From Squalus acanthias (taxonomy: Eukaryota), in assembly GCA_030390025.1 (NCBI GenBank), contig JASTWF010000324.1, positions 248,001-312,000 of the forward strand: a stretch of DNA of 64,000 nt, given 5' to 3'. Positions 37,197 to 46,143 of the stretch are shown here, piece after piece. Numbering within the stretch: the stretch's first letter is position 1; every line of letters begins with the position of its first letter. Under the pieces are notes generated by a model that saw only the letters and a program-made list of their open reading frames with translations, made no database searches and was not told the DNA's origin. A program made the position numbers and the translations under genes.

Positions 37197-39008
37197 ATGG
37201 CGACCGCGGCAGGACACTGGCAGCGAGAGGGTAGTGTGTTAGATTTTGGAATGACTGTACGAAATGTGATGCAGGAAAAGATAGCGGATTACGTATTTGG
37301 AAAGGTTAATCTAACGAAAAAGTGGATAAGCGAACTGTTAGCGGATAAGAGCCCACTAGAGGCAGCTGAAAGGTGGACGGATAGTAAGGAGCATAAAAAG
37401 GCAGTTGAGAAAGCAGTCTGGCTTATGTGCTACAAAAGGCAGGTTCAGATTTCAAACCAGACCAATACAGCGCTAACCGCTCGAATCAAGCAGTTAGAGG
37501 AGGAAATGGAGGAGAAGGTTTCTGGAGGGGAGGCGCTCATTAAGAGTTTAAATGAGTTACGCCAGGAAAGCCAGGAAGTCTCCAGCTACCTTAAAACAAG
37601 GGTAGAGTATCTCGAGTGCCAGATCACTGAAGCAAAATTAAACGAGAGTAGGATGAAGGAAAGATGTAACCGTCAAGCTGCCCAGATAAGAACTCAAGAA
37701 GAGAGCTTAATGGGGGTTAGGTCGGCGTATAAGTTGGCCCTTGAGGATAAGTTTCAGGGAGCCGACCATAGCGCCTGCGAAAAAGAGATAGAGAGCCTCA
37801 AAAAGGCCGTGAATAATGCGAACGGCATGGTGTGCCTTATTAATCCGTCGGCACGCCAGCCGCTAGTAAATGAGAGATTTAGAAATTCCCCACCAAGTAA
37901 AGCAGAAGAGGTAGTAGCCACTGCGCCCTCCGCGCCACCCAGCTATTCAGAAACCTGGGTTAGGGAGGAAGCAACGGAAGAAACAAAAGAGCCCGTTGAA
38001 AAGGAGGTAGAAAAGGGATCGTTGTATCCAGTAACGGGGATTAAAAGGGGCCCAAGCAGAAACGGTGGGGAAGAACCGGGGGATCTCCTCGGACAGCTGG
38101 TGTTGCCTCACAGTTCACATCAGCTGAGGGCCATGATAAACCACGTAAGGAAGCTGACCGAGATAGACGACCCTTCCGTACATTTTAGGGAAGTTGAGCA
38201 AGCCGCAGCCATCAACGGCTGCGATGATGGGGAGACAGCAAAAATGCTGCTGTTCTCATTAGATAGCTCGGTCCTTCAGTGTCTCTCAGGCGATAGCAAG
38301 AGGGGTAATAAAAGTTATGAGGAATTGAAAAATGAGGTCCTAGAAGTAGTGGGAGCGAACGACGGAGGTCCGTTTGCTAGAGTGGGACAGACAGTGCAGA
38401 TGGAGGGAGAACCCCCGAAGGTTTTTGCCGACAGGCTGTGGCCAGTATATGAGCGCAGCTGTCTAGGTGCGCCCGAGCGCGAAGATGTGGAAGGCGCCGC
38501 TTTAATTCATTGGCTTAGGTGCATAATAGCCAACAGTTTACCAGCCGTTAGAGAGCAGGCAAAAGCCTGGTTCGATCCCAATGACCTCAACCTTACGGAA
38601 GAGTCGGTCTTGAATCGACTCACGTTAGGTTACCGTAACATAAGGGGTATGGCAACACGTCCCTTTAAGGGAAGAGTACATGAGGTACGACCCGCAGCCC
38701 CGGCTCAAAGAGAGTGGCATCAGGAGGGTAATCGCGCCCCACAGGCAAGTAATGCCTGTTACGGGTGTGGGAAGACAGGGCACTGGCGCAAGCACTGCAG
38801 GAACCCTTGGAAGGATTCCAAGGATAAAAATCCCGCGGTCCGAGCCCAGGCGCCTGTCCCGGCTAAGGAAGCAAAGGCACCCACCTCTCCCGAAGACCTC
38901 GAGGCAGTGTTAGGAGTCATGCGCAAGATGGTTTTGAATGCGCGTGGACAGGTGGCGGTCGCAACCGGCCCCGTAGGTGCCGCAGGACCGTCTAATAGTG
39001 CCCCATGA
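37197..39008 (+). CDS. gag: Gag polyprotein (603 aa): N-terminal coiled coil, late domain, capsid-like region, one CCHC zinc knuckle
   Basis: CYGCGKTGHWRKHC at 38757-38798 and PSAPPSY at 37926-37946. The ORF sits directly after the LTR. Confidence 0.92.
   Translation: MATAAGHWQREGSVLDFGMTVRNVMQEKIADYVFGKVNLTKKWISELLADKSPLEAAERWTDSKEHKKAVEKAVWLMCYKRQVQISNQTNTALTARIKQLEEEMEEKVSGGEALIKSLNELRQESQEVSSYLKTRVEYLECQITEAKLNESRMKERCNRQAAQIRTQEESLMGVRSAYKLALEDKFQGADHSACEKEIESLKKAVNNANGMVCLINPSARQPLVNERFRNSPPSKAEEVVATAPSAPPSYSETWVREEATEETKEPVEKEVEKGSLYPVTGIKRGPSRNGGEEPGDLLGQLVLPHSSHQLRAMINHVRKLTEIDDPSVHFREVEQAAAINGCDDGETAKMLLFSLDSSVLQCLSGDSKRGNKSYEELKNEVLEVVGANDGGPFARVGQTVQMEGEPPKVFADRLWPVYERSCLGAPEREDVEGAALIHWLRCIIANSLPAVREQAKAWFDPNDLNLTEESVLNRLTLGYRNIRGMATRPFKGRVHEVRPAAPAQREWHQEGNRAPQASNACYGCGKTGHWRKHCRNPWKDSKDKNPAVRAQAPVPAKEAKAPTSPEDLEAVLGVMRKMVLNARGQVAVATGPVGAAGPSNSAP
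37198..37215 (+). promoter_or_regulatory. Primer binding site, tRNA-Ser-like (TGGCGACCGCGGCAGGAC)
   Basis: TGG starts 5 nt after the LTR end. The TGGCG…GGCAGGA pattern resembles the complement of vertebrate tRNA-Ser 3' ends (for example TGGCGTAGTCGGCAGGAT) but is an imperfect match. Confidence 0.65.
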
Positions 39009-42000
39009 CTAGAACCAGCACAGCCCGTCTACCTGTGTCCGCTCAGCTATGATGCGTGGAGGCGACCTGTGGTGGAGATGGAGGTAGAGAAACAAAAGGG
39101 CAGTTATTTGTTGGACACGGGAGCTTCTTGCACCATAATCCATACAGATGACCCTTTTGACTCGCCGCTATCTACCAAGGTCCCATTCACGCTAGCAGGG
39201 TTCACAGGGAAAGAACAGGCTGGCACGTTTTCCCTCCCGCTATCCATTCGTTTAGGGACACTTCGCCTTAAGTGGAAGTGTATACTGATGGCATGGCAAA
39301 AGGGGGGTGGAAGAGGTATTCTCGGGTCCGATCTGCTAGCGGGACACGGGATCCTCGTGGACCTCAGAAATCACTGTCTCTGGGGGGCTAAAGGGGAAAA
39401 AGGCGAGGTAATGGTAATTCAAGGGGAGGAAGAAACAGGGGTCCTGTGTACCGTACAGCCATCCGGAGGCTACGACCTCAGGCTTATGGTCGCAGATGTC
39501 CCAACGGACATGCAAACGTACGTGACAGATAATATGCACGCGTTTGCAACCCACAAGCACGATTGTGGGAGGGTGGTCGGGTTTGAGGTCAGCGTAGATG
39601 GGGACCCCATGACCCGACCCCAAAAGCAGTATAACTTCCCCAAAGAAGCAGAACCCGATATGGAGGCAGCAATGTCTTCCTTGGTGCAGCAGGGCGTGTT
39701 GAGGCCGATAGCCACACACGTGAACTCCCCATTATGGCCGGTTAGGAAGCCGGATAATTCGTGGAGAGCCACGGTGGACTACAGAGTCCTTAACAGTAAC
39801 ATCCCCGCCTGCGCGCCCACAGTAGCAGCAGTTGCTGACCTAATAGGGAGCATCCCAGCGTCCGCGACCACGTTCACGGTGCTGGATATCTCGAACGGTT
39901 TTTGGTCCATCCCGCTGCGGCGAGAGGACCAGTACAAGTTTGCCTTTACGTTTAAAGGGCAACAGTACACGTGGAACTGCTTGCCACAAGGTTTCCACAA
40001 TAGCCCCAGTATTTTTCACCAGTGTATGGCAGGAAGTTTAAAGGAGTTTAGTCAGCCCAATCAGATAGTACAGTATGTGGATGATTTGCTCCTATTTACG
40101 GACTCAAGGGAGGAGCACGGACCACTGCTGGACGAGTTATTGGAGCTGTTAGCGAGAAAGGGTTTTAAAGTAAACCCAAAGAAAGCACGTATCGGTCAGC
40201 AGGAAGTAAAATTCCTGGGACTGACCCTACGCGCTGGGGAAAGAGCCATAGACAAAGCAAGGAGGGAGTCGGTGCAAGAATTACCGATTCCCAACAACGT
40301 AAGGGGTGTGAGGTCCTTCTTGGGACTGACCGGTTACTGCAGGGATTTTATCGAGGATTATGCGGCCACAGCGGCACCGCTCCTCCGACTCCTCCATAAG
40401 GGAGTAGAGTGGCTTTGGGACGAGGGCTGCCAAGCAGCCTTCGAGAAGTTAAAAAGGGATCTGCAGACCGCGCCAGCCTTAGGGGCCATAGATGGGGGGA
40501 AGGAGTTTTTCCTGGAGGTAGCTGCCAGCGGAGACAGCTTAAGCGCCGTGCTGCTCCAAGAGCGTCACGGCAAGCTGAGGCCGGTTGTCTATTCATCCAG
40601 GGTATTAACGGATGTGGAGAGAAGTTTTTCCAATTGCGAAAGGCACCTTTTAGCCACGCATTGGGCTGTGAAAAGATCAGCGATCTTCACAGGGCTCTCT
40701 CCCATCACTCTCCTCACACATCACACACCAACTAAGATGCTTCTGGATGGGAGGATTAAAGACGGGACCGTAAGCAGCGCACGCATTGCGCGTTGGACCC
40801 TTCTTCTCTCCCAGTTGGACATCAGAGTAAAAGGTCTTTGCGAGCCCAGGCTTGCGGCCAATTTGGTATACCCCGGTACAGCCCACCGGTGTTCGGTGGA
40901 GGGGGTGTGGGACGTCAACATAGGTTTACGGGCCGGGATACATCCCACTGGGCGCGAGATTTATGTTGATGGGTCTAGCACAGTATCTGCTGGCGAGCGA
41001 CTCACAGGGTGTGGAGTTTATGACCCTGCGGCAGACCTTGCCCTGGCGATCAAGCTCCCTAGCACCATGAGCGCGCAGCAGGCTGAGCTGTCTGCCGTGG
41101 TGTACGTGGTAACCCACCCAGACATTTTCCCAACCCCATACACGATTTGCTCGGACAGTATGTTCACCTGCAATTCGTGTACGGAATACCTGGCCATTTG
41201 GTCCCGCCGTGGATACACCTCCGCGGACGGGCGACCTTTAACGGTAAAGCCCTTGCTGGAGAAGATCTTAGCGGCAGCAGTAGGGGAGGAAGGGGAGATT
41301 TTCATCCATAAGGTGAAAGCTCACTCCTCCACAGAGCCCCGTGGGGAGGGCAACCGGCAGGCGGATGCGCTAGCCAGGGAGGGTGCCCGCGACGGTACTT
41401 TCTGGAACCCCTATAGAACCGGACCCATAGCAGCGGTCCGAGGTGGGGACGGGAATACCGGGAACACCAGGGTAGCATTGCCCCTAGACCTTAAGACCGT
41501 CCAAGCCCAGGATCCCGCCCTAAAAGCAGTCCTAAAAACGATTGCTGAGGGGAGGCAGGTAGAAGGTCCGTACAGTACGGCAACCCTCTCAGTTAAGGAA
41601 GGCATGCTGTTCCGCGAGGAGCAGTGGGTTGTGCCGCAGCAGCACAGGAGGGAATTCCTCCAGTTGGCTCACGAGGGACCAGGGGCAGGGCACCCCGGGC
41701 CCGAGGTTACCTGGCAACGGGTAGAGCAAGCGGGATGGTGGCCAGGGCTCAGGGAACAAGTCCGCGAGTTCTGTGCAAACTGTCTTGTGTGCGCTGCAAA
41801 CAACCCAGACCCCCAGAAAAGGAAGGTGCCCATGGGACACGTAAGAAGGGTAGAGGGACCATGGCAGTCGATACAGATCGACTATATAGGACCCCTGCCC
41901 ACCACCCAGGGAGGTTATAAGTACTGCCTCGTCCTGGTGGATGTGTTTTCCAAGTGGGTGGAAGCCTTCCCTTGTCGAACAGCTACGGCACTGGGTACAG

Positions 42001-43511
42001 CAAAAATCTTGGTCCGGGAAGTGTTCTCGCGGTGGGGACTCCCCCGTTTCGTGGAGTCAGACCAAGGGAGTCATTTCACCGGCCAGGTGATGCAGAACAC
42101 CCTCATGCTTTTGGGCATTGAAGGGAAGTGGCACGTAGCACACAATCCCCAGTCATCCGGGATTGTTGAACGTATGAACCGGACCCTGAAGGAGAAATTG
42201 AGGAAAGAGACTAGGAACTCGCCCCAAAAATGGGCGGAAGTTCTGCCTTTAGTCCTCATGGGGGTCCGGGCCAGTCAGTCAAAAAGTACGGGGTACTCCC
42301 CGCACGAGGTAATGACCGGCAGGCTCATGCGAACCCCCACCCATGTGCTAGCCCCGGTGCTCACTGAGGGTCAGCTTCAAGAGATCAGCAGGGACAAGTT
42401 CGCCCAAACTCTCTTGGAGCGCCTGAAGCAAGTTTATGAGCAGGCGGCTGGGAACATGGGAAGGCAGCACCAGGGCAATCGCTTGTTGCTGGAACCCCGC
42501 AAAACGCGGGAGTGGGAAGTAGGAGACCAGGTCATGGTCAGAAACTACGCCAGAGTAGGGAGTCTGGAACCACTGTATATGGGACCCTACAACATTGTAG
42601 ACAAGGCGAGTCCCATGGTTTACGCCGTAAAAGTACCTCGGCGCACTAAGTGGTTCCACATAAACCAATGTAAACTGTACCAGCCGGGTGCGCAAGGGAA
42701 AACTACAGGGGTAAATCCCGCCAATGGGAAAACACAGCCCCAGGTAGGACCACAAGGCACACAGGCAGGCGTAGCAGCTTGCATCAGGGGAAGGGACATC
42801 CCGGACGATCATGCAGCGTTTTTCTGGAGTTGGGGGTTAGATGACGAGGACCCCAGGGTACCCTGGTCAGATGAGGATAGTGCAGATGAGCATAGTGATG
42901 ATGACGGGTGGTTTCAGAGGAACGGTCTGGAAGGATTGGGGCCGCTAGGTAGAGATCCATACGGGGTGGACACACAAGCTGCAGGTCCCGACAGCAGGAG
43001 GAAGGAGCTAGAGGAGGCCGGGCCAGCCGCTATGTGGTTCCCAGAGGTGTGGCCGCCCGCTCTGAACGTCCAGTCCTCAGGGGAGGCAGAGTTCGCGAGT
43101 GAAGGGCCGCCTGCTGGGCCGAGCAGGGCGGGGCCCCGAACTGCCAGCCCCGAGGTTAGGGAGGCGGAGTCAGCGGAGGCGGGGCTGGCGCCTGTGATGG
43201 AACCCCAGGTCATCCCGTTGAAGGTCTCGGGACCCGGTCCGTCCGTCACGGAGCCCCCGCCCATAGCAATTCCCCGTAGGTCAAGCAGAGTACCCCAGCC
43301 CAGGAAGACGTGGTCAGGTCCACAGGCTGCCCCAGGGCGTAAGTTTCAGGTTAAGATAACCCGGGTAGAGACAGGCCACATCGAAGCAGTAACAGGCTGC
43401 GGCAGATCAGAGGAAAGGGTCAGCGCAGCAACAGGCTGCGGCAGATCAGAGGGAAGGGTCAGTGCCCTCCCACCGTCGGGAAGAGCTCGCAGCAGCCTTC
43501 TCAGGATTTAA
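39009..43511 (+). CDS. pol: Pol (PR-RT-tether-RNase H-IN plus C-terminal extension), in frame with gag after a single TGA
   Basis: LLDTGAS (39114), LDISNGF, LPQGFHNSP, YVDD (40074), degenerate RNase H (about 40500-40730), RNase H YVDGS…AELSA…SDS…GNRQAD (about 40960-41380), IN HHCC and D-D-35-E (IDYIG, SDQGSHF, VERMN), GPY. The frame is open from 39009; the ORF track starts it at GTG 39069. Confidence 0.96.
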   Translation, partial: LEPAQPVYLCPLSYDAWRRPVVEMEVEKQKGSYLLDTGASCTIIHTDDPFDSPLSTKVPFTLAGFTGKEQAGTFSLPLSIRLGTLRLKWKCILMAWQKGGGRGILGSDLLAGHGILVDLRNHCLWGAKGEKGEVMVIQGEEETGVLCTVQPSGGYDLRLMVADVPTDMQTYVTDNMHAFATHKHDCGRVVGFEVSVDGDPMTRPQKQYNFPKEAEPDMEAAMSSLVQQGVLRPIATHVNSPLWPVRKPDNSWRATVDYRVLNSNIPACAPTVAAVADLIGSIPASATTFTVLDISNGFWSIPLRREDQYKFAFTFKGQQYTWNCLPQGFHNSPSIFHQCMAGSLKEFSQPNQIVQYVDDLLLFTDSREEHGPLLDELLELLARKGFKVNPKKARIGQQEVKFLGLTLRAGERAIDKARRESVQELPIPNNVRGVRSFLGLTGYCRDFIEDYAATAAPLLRLLHKGVEWLWDEGCQAAFEKLKRDLQTAPALGAIDGGKEFFLEVAASGDSLSAVLLQERHGKLRPVVYSSRVLTDVERSFSNCERHLLATHWAVKRSAIFTGLSPITLLTHHTPTKMLLDGRIKDGTVSSARIARWTLLLSQLDIRVKGLCEPRLAANLVYPGTAHRCSVEGVWDVNIGLRAGIHPTGREIYVDGSSTVSAGERLTGCGVYDPAADLALAIKLPSTMSAQQAELSAVVYVVTHPDIFPTPYTICSDSMFTCNSCTEYLAIWSRRGYTSADGRPLTVKPLLEKILAAAVGEEGEIFIHKVKAHSSTEPRGEGNRQADALAREGARDGTFWNPYRTGPIAAVRGGDGNTGNTRVALPLDLKTVQAQDPALKAVLKTIAEGRQVEGPYSTATLSVKEGMLFREEQWVVPQQHRREFLQLAHEGPGAGHPGPEVTWQRVEQAGWWPGLREQVREFCANCLVCAANNPDPQKRKVPMGHVRRVEGPWQSIQIDYIGPLPTTQGGYKYCLVLVDVFSKWVEAFPCRTATALGTAKILVREVFSRWGLPRFVESDQGSHFTGQVMQNTLMLLGIEGKWHVAHNPQSSGIVERMNRTLKEKLRKETRNSPQKWAEVLPLVLMGVRASQSKSTGYSPHEVMTGRLMRTPTHVLAPVLTEGQLQEISRDKFAQTLLERLKQVYEQAAGNMGRQHQGNRLLLEPRKTREWEVGDQVMVRNYARVGSLEPLYMGPYNIVDKASPMVYAVKVPRRTKWFHINQCKLYQPGAQGKTTGVNPANGKTQPQVGPQGTQAGVAACIRGRDIPDDHAAFFWSWGLDDEDPRVPWSDEDSADEHSDDDGWFQRNGLEGLGPLGRDPYGVDTQAAGPDSRRKELEEAGPAAMWFPEVWPPALNVQSSGEAEFASEGPPAGPSRAGPRTASPEVREAESAEAGLAPVMEPQVIPLKVSGPGPSVTEPPPIAIPRRSSRVPQPRKTWSGPQAAPGRKFQVKITRVETGHIEAVTGCGRSEERVSAATGCGRSEGRVSALPPSGRARSSLLRI

Positions 43512-43794
43512 AGGGGCCGCCCTGAGAACGGGCGGCATTGTAAAGTTATTAGTTTAAGGTTTTAAGTTTTAGTTTAAAGTTTTAAGTAGTTTTAATAAGG
43601 TTAAGTTTGTAGTGTTTTAACAGATAACGATAAAATGATGGGAGTTTTAAGGATAGGTTTAGAGGAAGTCTATTTAGCAAACGTTGAAGTTTACGTGAGG
43701 CGAGGTCAGGGGACCCGCTCACCCTTCACAAAAGCCAGAGACTTTTTGCGAGGCTGGCTACCTCATTCTATCTGATCACAGGAACCAAGGAAGG

Positions 43795-46143
43795 ATGGAA
43801 CGACTTCTGGTTTTGCTCGTGGCAATCGGATGTGGATTGGCCTATCGGGGCCTCACCAAGGATGTCGTGGTGTTTGGATGTTCCGGGGACACGGCCCCCA
43901 TCGCGGTGGATGGGACCGGAAGACGGAAGGAAGGGACCAGCACCTACTTCCACAAGGGAAGGTGGCCAGGATGGCTGGGAACGAACTCAACGGAGTATTC
44001 CAGCACATCGGGGTTCGCCTACAAAGAGACTTCTTTAATGTGCCCCAAAGTACGGATCATCGCACCCAGGATCAGCGTCACCGTCGGCAAACGGATTTGT
44101 TTGACCTGCAGTGGGAATGTCCCATTGAGCCGATGGTGGTGGCTGCGAAAGCTGAGCAAAACTATGAGGAACTCTTCGGTTGAGTGGGAGCGACTGGGTA
44201 ATAATACCCATCGGACAATTACGGGGACAGATGGACAAGTGAAAGTCTGTTGGGACAAATGGTGGGAACCAGATGAGGGGATTTATGTTTGTATGTGGGG
44301 GTCAAAGTACGTTTGCCCCAAAGGCATCTCCATATTCTTTATTAACCAGTGGCAGGATAACGGACAGGGGATGAGGTGGGATGCGAGCACCAGGGGGTGC
44401 GGAGCCCCATACTCTCCGATCCCAGTAAATGCCACTGAGCTCATTACGCGCCCACGCAAAGCCCCGCCCACGATTCCGGTAGTTCTAACTGAGGAAGAAG
44501 GGTGCCCTAAAACTAGTAAGGGACCCGGGAACGGTTTGGTACTGGTCCCCACAGACCAGATACTATTTCAGGGGGTACATTACGCGGTGGCCTCGGTGAT
44601 TTTAAATCTCACTGAGGTACGGTTACCAGAGTGGTGCCCCAAAAAGACGGAACAGTTGTACCAGATCCTGTTGACCAAGATGTTCAGGCAATTTTACGAG
44701 TTTGATTTTGCAGAAATCGATAAGACAAGTTTATACACCGCACCGCAGGAAGTTTTGGGCCAAGTAGGGAGGCAAAGAAGGGGTTTGGTGAACGATGCGT
44801 TCACTGCTTTTAACACAGGGACATCTGTGGTCAACGCTCTAGACAGTGTGGAGCTGCAGACCCAGATTAATGGTTTAAAAACACAGTTAAAGGATATTCT
44901 TACAGATGAGAATAAAGTGGTAGGGTCGGGTCTGCACGAGGACCAAGCCATGACACTACACTTAAAAGAGATTATAGCAGAGCTGGAGAAACATGCGCGT
45001 ACGGTAAATGCCCTGATTAGGGAAGATCGGAATGCATCCGATCAAGCTGCGCAGAACGAGGTGTGCGTGCTTTACGGGGCGTGGTTACTGGGCGAGGGCC
45101 GCAGTAATTTGGAGGATTTAAAACAAGGTTTGGTCCCGTCCTGGATAAGTAACAAACACCTGCGGGCGCTCCACCCTTTTCAGAATGCATTAAGTCCGTG
45201 CCAGCTCAGGCTAGCTTCAGAAGCTTACCCAGTCCCCGTGGACTGCGGACGTTCAAACCATACTATTATGGGAATAGTATTACGCATGCCGGTTTTGGGC
45301 AACACAGCAAAGCCCGCCCCGGTGTATCGGGTAGAGAACATCGGTGTCATTCAGGGGGGAGCCCACATTCGTTATGCAGCGGTTCCACCTTACGTCATCC
45401 GCTGGGAGCAAACGATGACAGGTACAGATCTCTCTGGTTGTCGTGGCAGGGGAGCACACATAATACTGTGCCCCCAGCACTTGAATGCCTTTTTAACACC
45501 ACAGTGCGGGTTCAGAACGGCTGGCGCCAAGTCCATGAATTGCACCATGGAGGCAATGGCACAAGATCATGTGCCTCCGCAGGTAGCATACATCGGGGGT
45601 GGAACATATTGTGTTACCACTGCAGCGCAACACTACCAGCATGGAAACCGTAGCCGGTGTCCGGTGAGTGACAGCAGTTTCTGTTTTAAACCCAGGGCTG
45701 AAGTTCAAGTAGCACAACAGCGAATTATCCCAATCCCTGAACCATCCACTGTTCATCTCACAGTAAAAGAGAATTTTACCGACTTGCAGCGATTTGTCGC
45801 ACATTTTGGGTACCTCATTCCCCCTCTCCCCGAGCATTTAACCAAACTTCTGAAAGCCGTCGCGGTGTCACAAAAGCATTTCTATACATTAGAACAGAAA
45901 ACCGTCGAGATAGGTACAGACATTTTGGACATAGTGGTTCCACCGTGGTGGAATCTGTTCACGAATATTGAAGTGCCCTCATGGGTCAGAATAGCCTCCC
46001 ACATTTTAGTCGTCTGTCAAGTGTTTATTGTAGTATACCTTTTGTTCATACATTGTAAAAGAGACAAGCGCCTCACCAAGCATGAGAACACGGGAGAGTG
46101 GCGAGAACGTTACGTGCGCGTGCACGATGAGAGCGCAGTGTAA
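43795..46143 (+). CDS. env: Envelope glycoprotein (782 aa), class I fusion protein
   Basis: Signal peptide MERLLVLLVAIGCGLA, several NxS/T sequons, furin site RQRR (44770-44781), following peptide GLVNDAFTAFNTGTSVVNAL, heptad repeat, Cys-rich region, TM ILVVCQVFIVVYLLFI and a short tail. Confidence 0.9.
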   Translation: MERLLVLLVAIGCGLAYRGLTKDVVVFGCSGDTAPIAVDGTGRRKEGTSTYFHKGRWPGWLGTNSTEYSSTSGFAYKETSLMCPKVRIIAPRISVTVGKRICLTCSGNVPLSRWWWLRKLSKTMRNSSVEWERLGNNTHRTITGTDGQVKVCWDKWWEPDEGIYVCMWGSKYVCPKGISIFFINQWQDNGQGMRWDASTRGCGAPYSPIPVNATELITRPRKAPPTIPVVLTEEEGCPKTSKGPGNGLVLVPTDQILFQGVHYAVASVILNLTEVRLPEWCPKKTEQLYQILLTKMFRQFYEFDFAEIDKTSLYTAPQEVLGQVGRQRRGLVNDAFTAFNTGTSVVNALDSVELQTQINGLKTQLKDILTDENKVVGSGLHEDQAMTLHLKEIIAELEKHARTVNALIREDRNASDQAAQNEVCVLYGAWLLGEGRSNLEDLKQGLVPSWISNKHLRALHPFQNALSPCQLRLASEAYPVPVDCGRSNHTIMGIVLRMPVLGNTAKPAPVYRVENIGVIQGGAHIRYAAVPPYVIRWEQTMTGTDLSGCRGRGAHIILCPQHLNAFLTPQCGFRTAGAKSMNCTMEAMAQDHVPPQVAYIGGGTYCVTTAAQHYQHGNRSRCPVSDSSFCFKPRAEVQVAQQRIIPIPEPSTVHLTVKENFTDLQRFVAHFGYLIPPLPEHLTKLLKAVAVSQKHFYTLEQKTVEIGTDILDIVVPPWWNLFTNIEVPSWVRIASHILVVCQVFIVVYLLFIHCKRDKRLTKHENTGEWRERYVRVHDESAV

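Noticed and set aside
39336..45837. Antisense and alternative-frame ORFs within pol and env
   Set aside because: All are under 160 aa, many start at non-ATG codons, and such ORFs are expected by chance in GC-rich coding DNA.
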